A stretch of DNA of 64,000 bases from the NCBI GenBank assembly GCA_030390025.1, contig CM059432.1, forward strand, positions 126,110,001-126,174,000, read 5' to 3'. The notes beneath the pieces were generated by a model. It was not told where the DNA came from, did not search any database, and saw nothing but the letters and a program-made list of their open reading frames with translations. Position 1 is the stretch's first letter, and each line of letters opens with the position of its first letter. This document shows, one piece after another, positions 63,600 through 64,000 of this stretch. Source of the stretch: Squalus acanthias (taxonomy: Eukaryota). A program made the position numbers and the translations under genes.

Positions 63600-64000
63600 G
63601 GAATCATAGAATAGTCTCTTCTCTTAGGCAGTCCCTCGGAACCGAGGATGACATAGAAGGAGGTCACCTGGCCCATCAAGTCTGCGCCGGCTCTTTCGAA
63701 GAGCAATCCAGTTAGTCCCACTCCCCTGCTCTTTCCCCATATCCCTGCAATTTTTTCTCCTTCAAGTATTTATCCAATTCCCTTTTGAAGGCTACTATTG
63801 AATCTGTTTCCACCACCCTATCAGACAGTGCATTCCAAATCCTAACCACTCGTCGCATAAAAAGTTTTCCTCATGTCGCCTCTGTTCTTTTGCCAATCCC
63901 TTTAAATCTTTCCCCTCTGGTTATAGATATTTCGGCCATTGGAAACAGTTTCTCTTTATTTACTTTATCTAAACCCTTCATGATTTTGAACACCTCTATC
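63600..64000 (-). mobile_element. CR1/HER1-like LINE 3' end, continuing beyond the window
   Basis: Reverse match to 25150-25520; 37-bp foreign insert at 63616-63652. Confidence 0.88.

Overview
Repeat-dominated vertebrate DNA, very likely from a shark or other elasmobranch. This is inferred from HE1/HER1-type CR1 tails, SacSINE1/DeuSINE-like SINEs and abundant Harbinger-type TIR elements. No complete host protein-coding gene is recognisable. Most ORFs in the track are fragments of CR1, L2, Penelope (GIY-YIG) or PIF/Harbinger elements, or chance ORFs. The only long repeat-poor, CpG-rich segment is about 53.7-57.5 kb. It holds a chain of well-formed minus-strand splice sites, probably the 5' end of a gene whose long intron runs leftwards, and a competing plus-strand two-exon reading over almost the same intron. 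The most notable signal is two families of ~120-145 bp Penelope-derived inserts that start at a minimal hammerhead ribozyme and are each flanked by a 12-14 bp target-site duplication (TSD). Also notable are an unclassified retroposon family with 13-15 bp TSDs, no poly(A) tail and a 174-bp-period GC-rich repeat, and several TIR elements with internal palindromes. Family names come from motif recognition, not database searches. Edges of degraded repeats are approximate.
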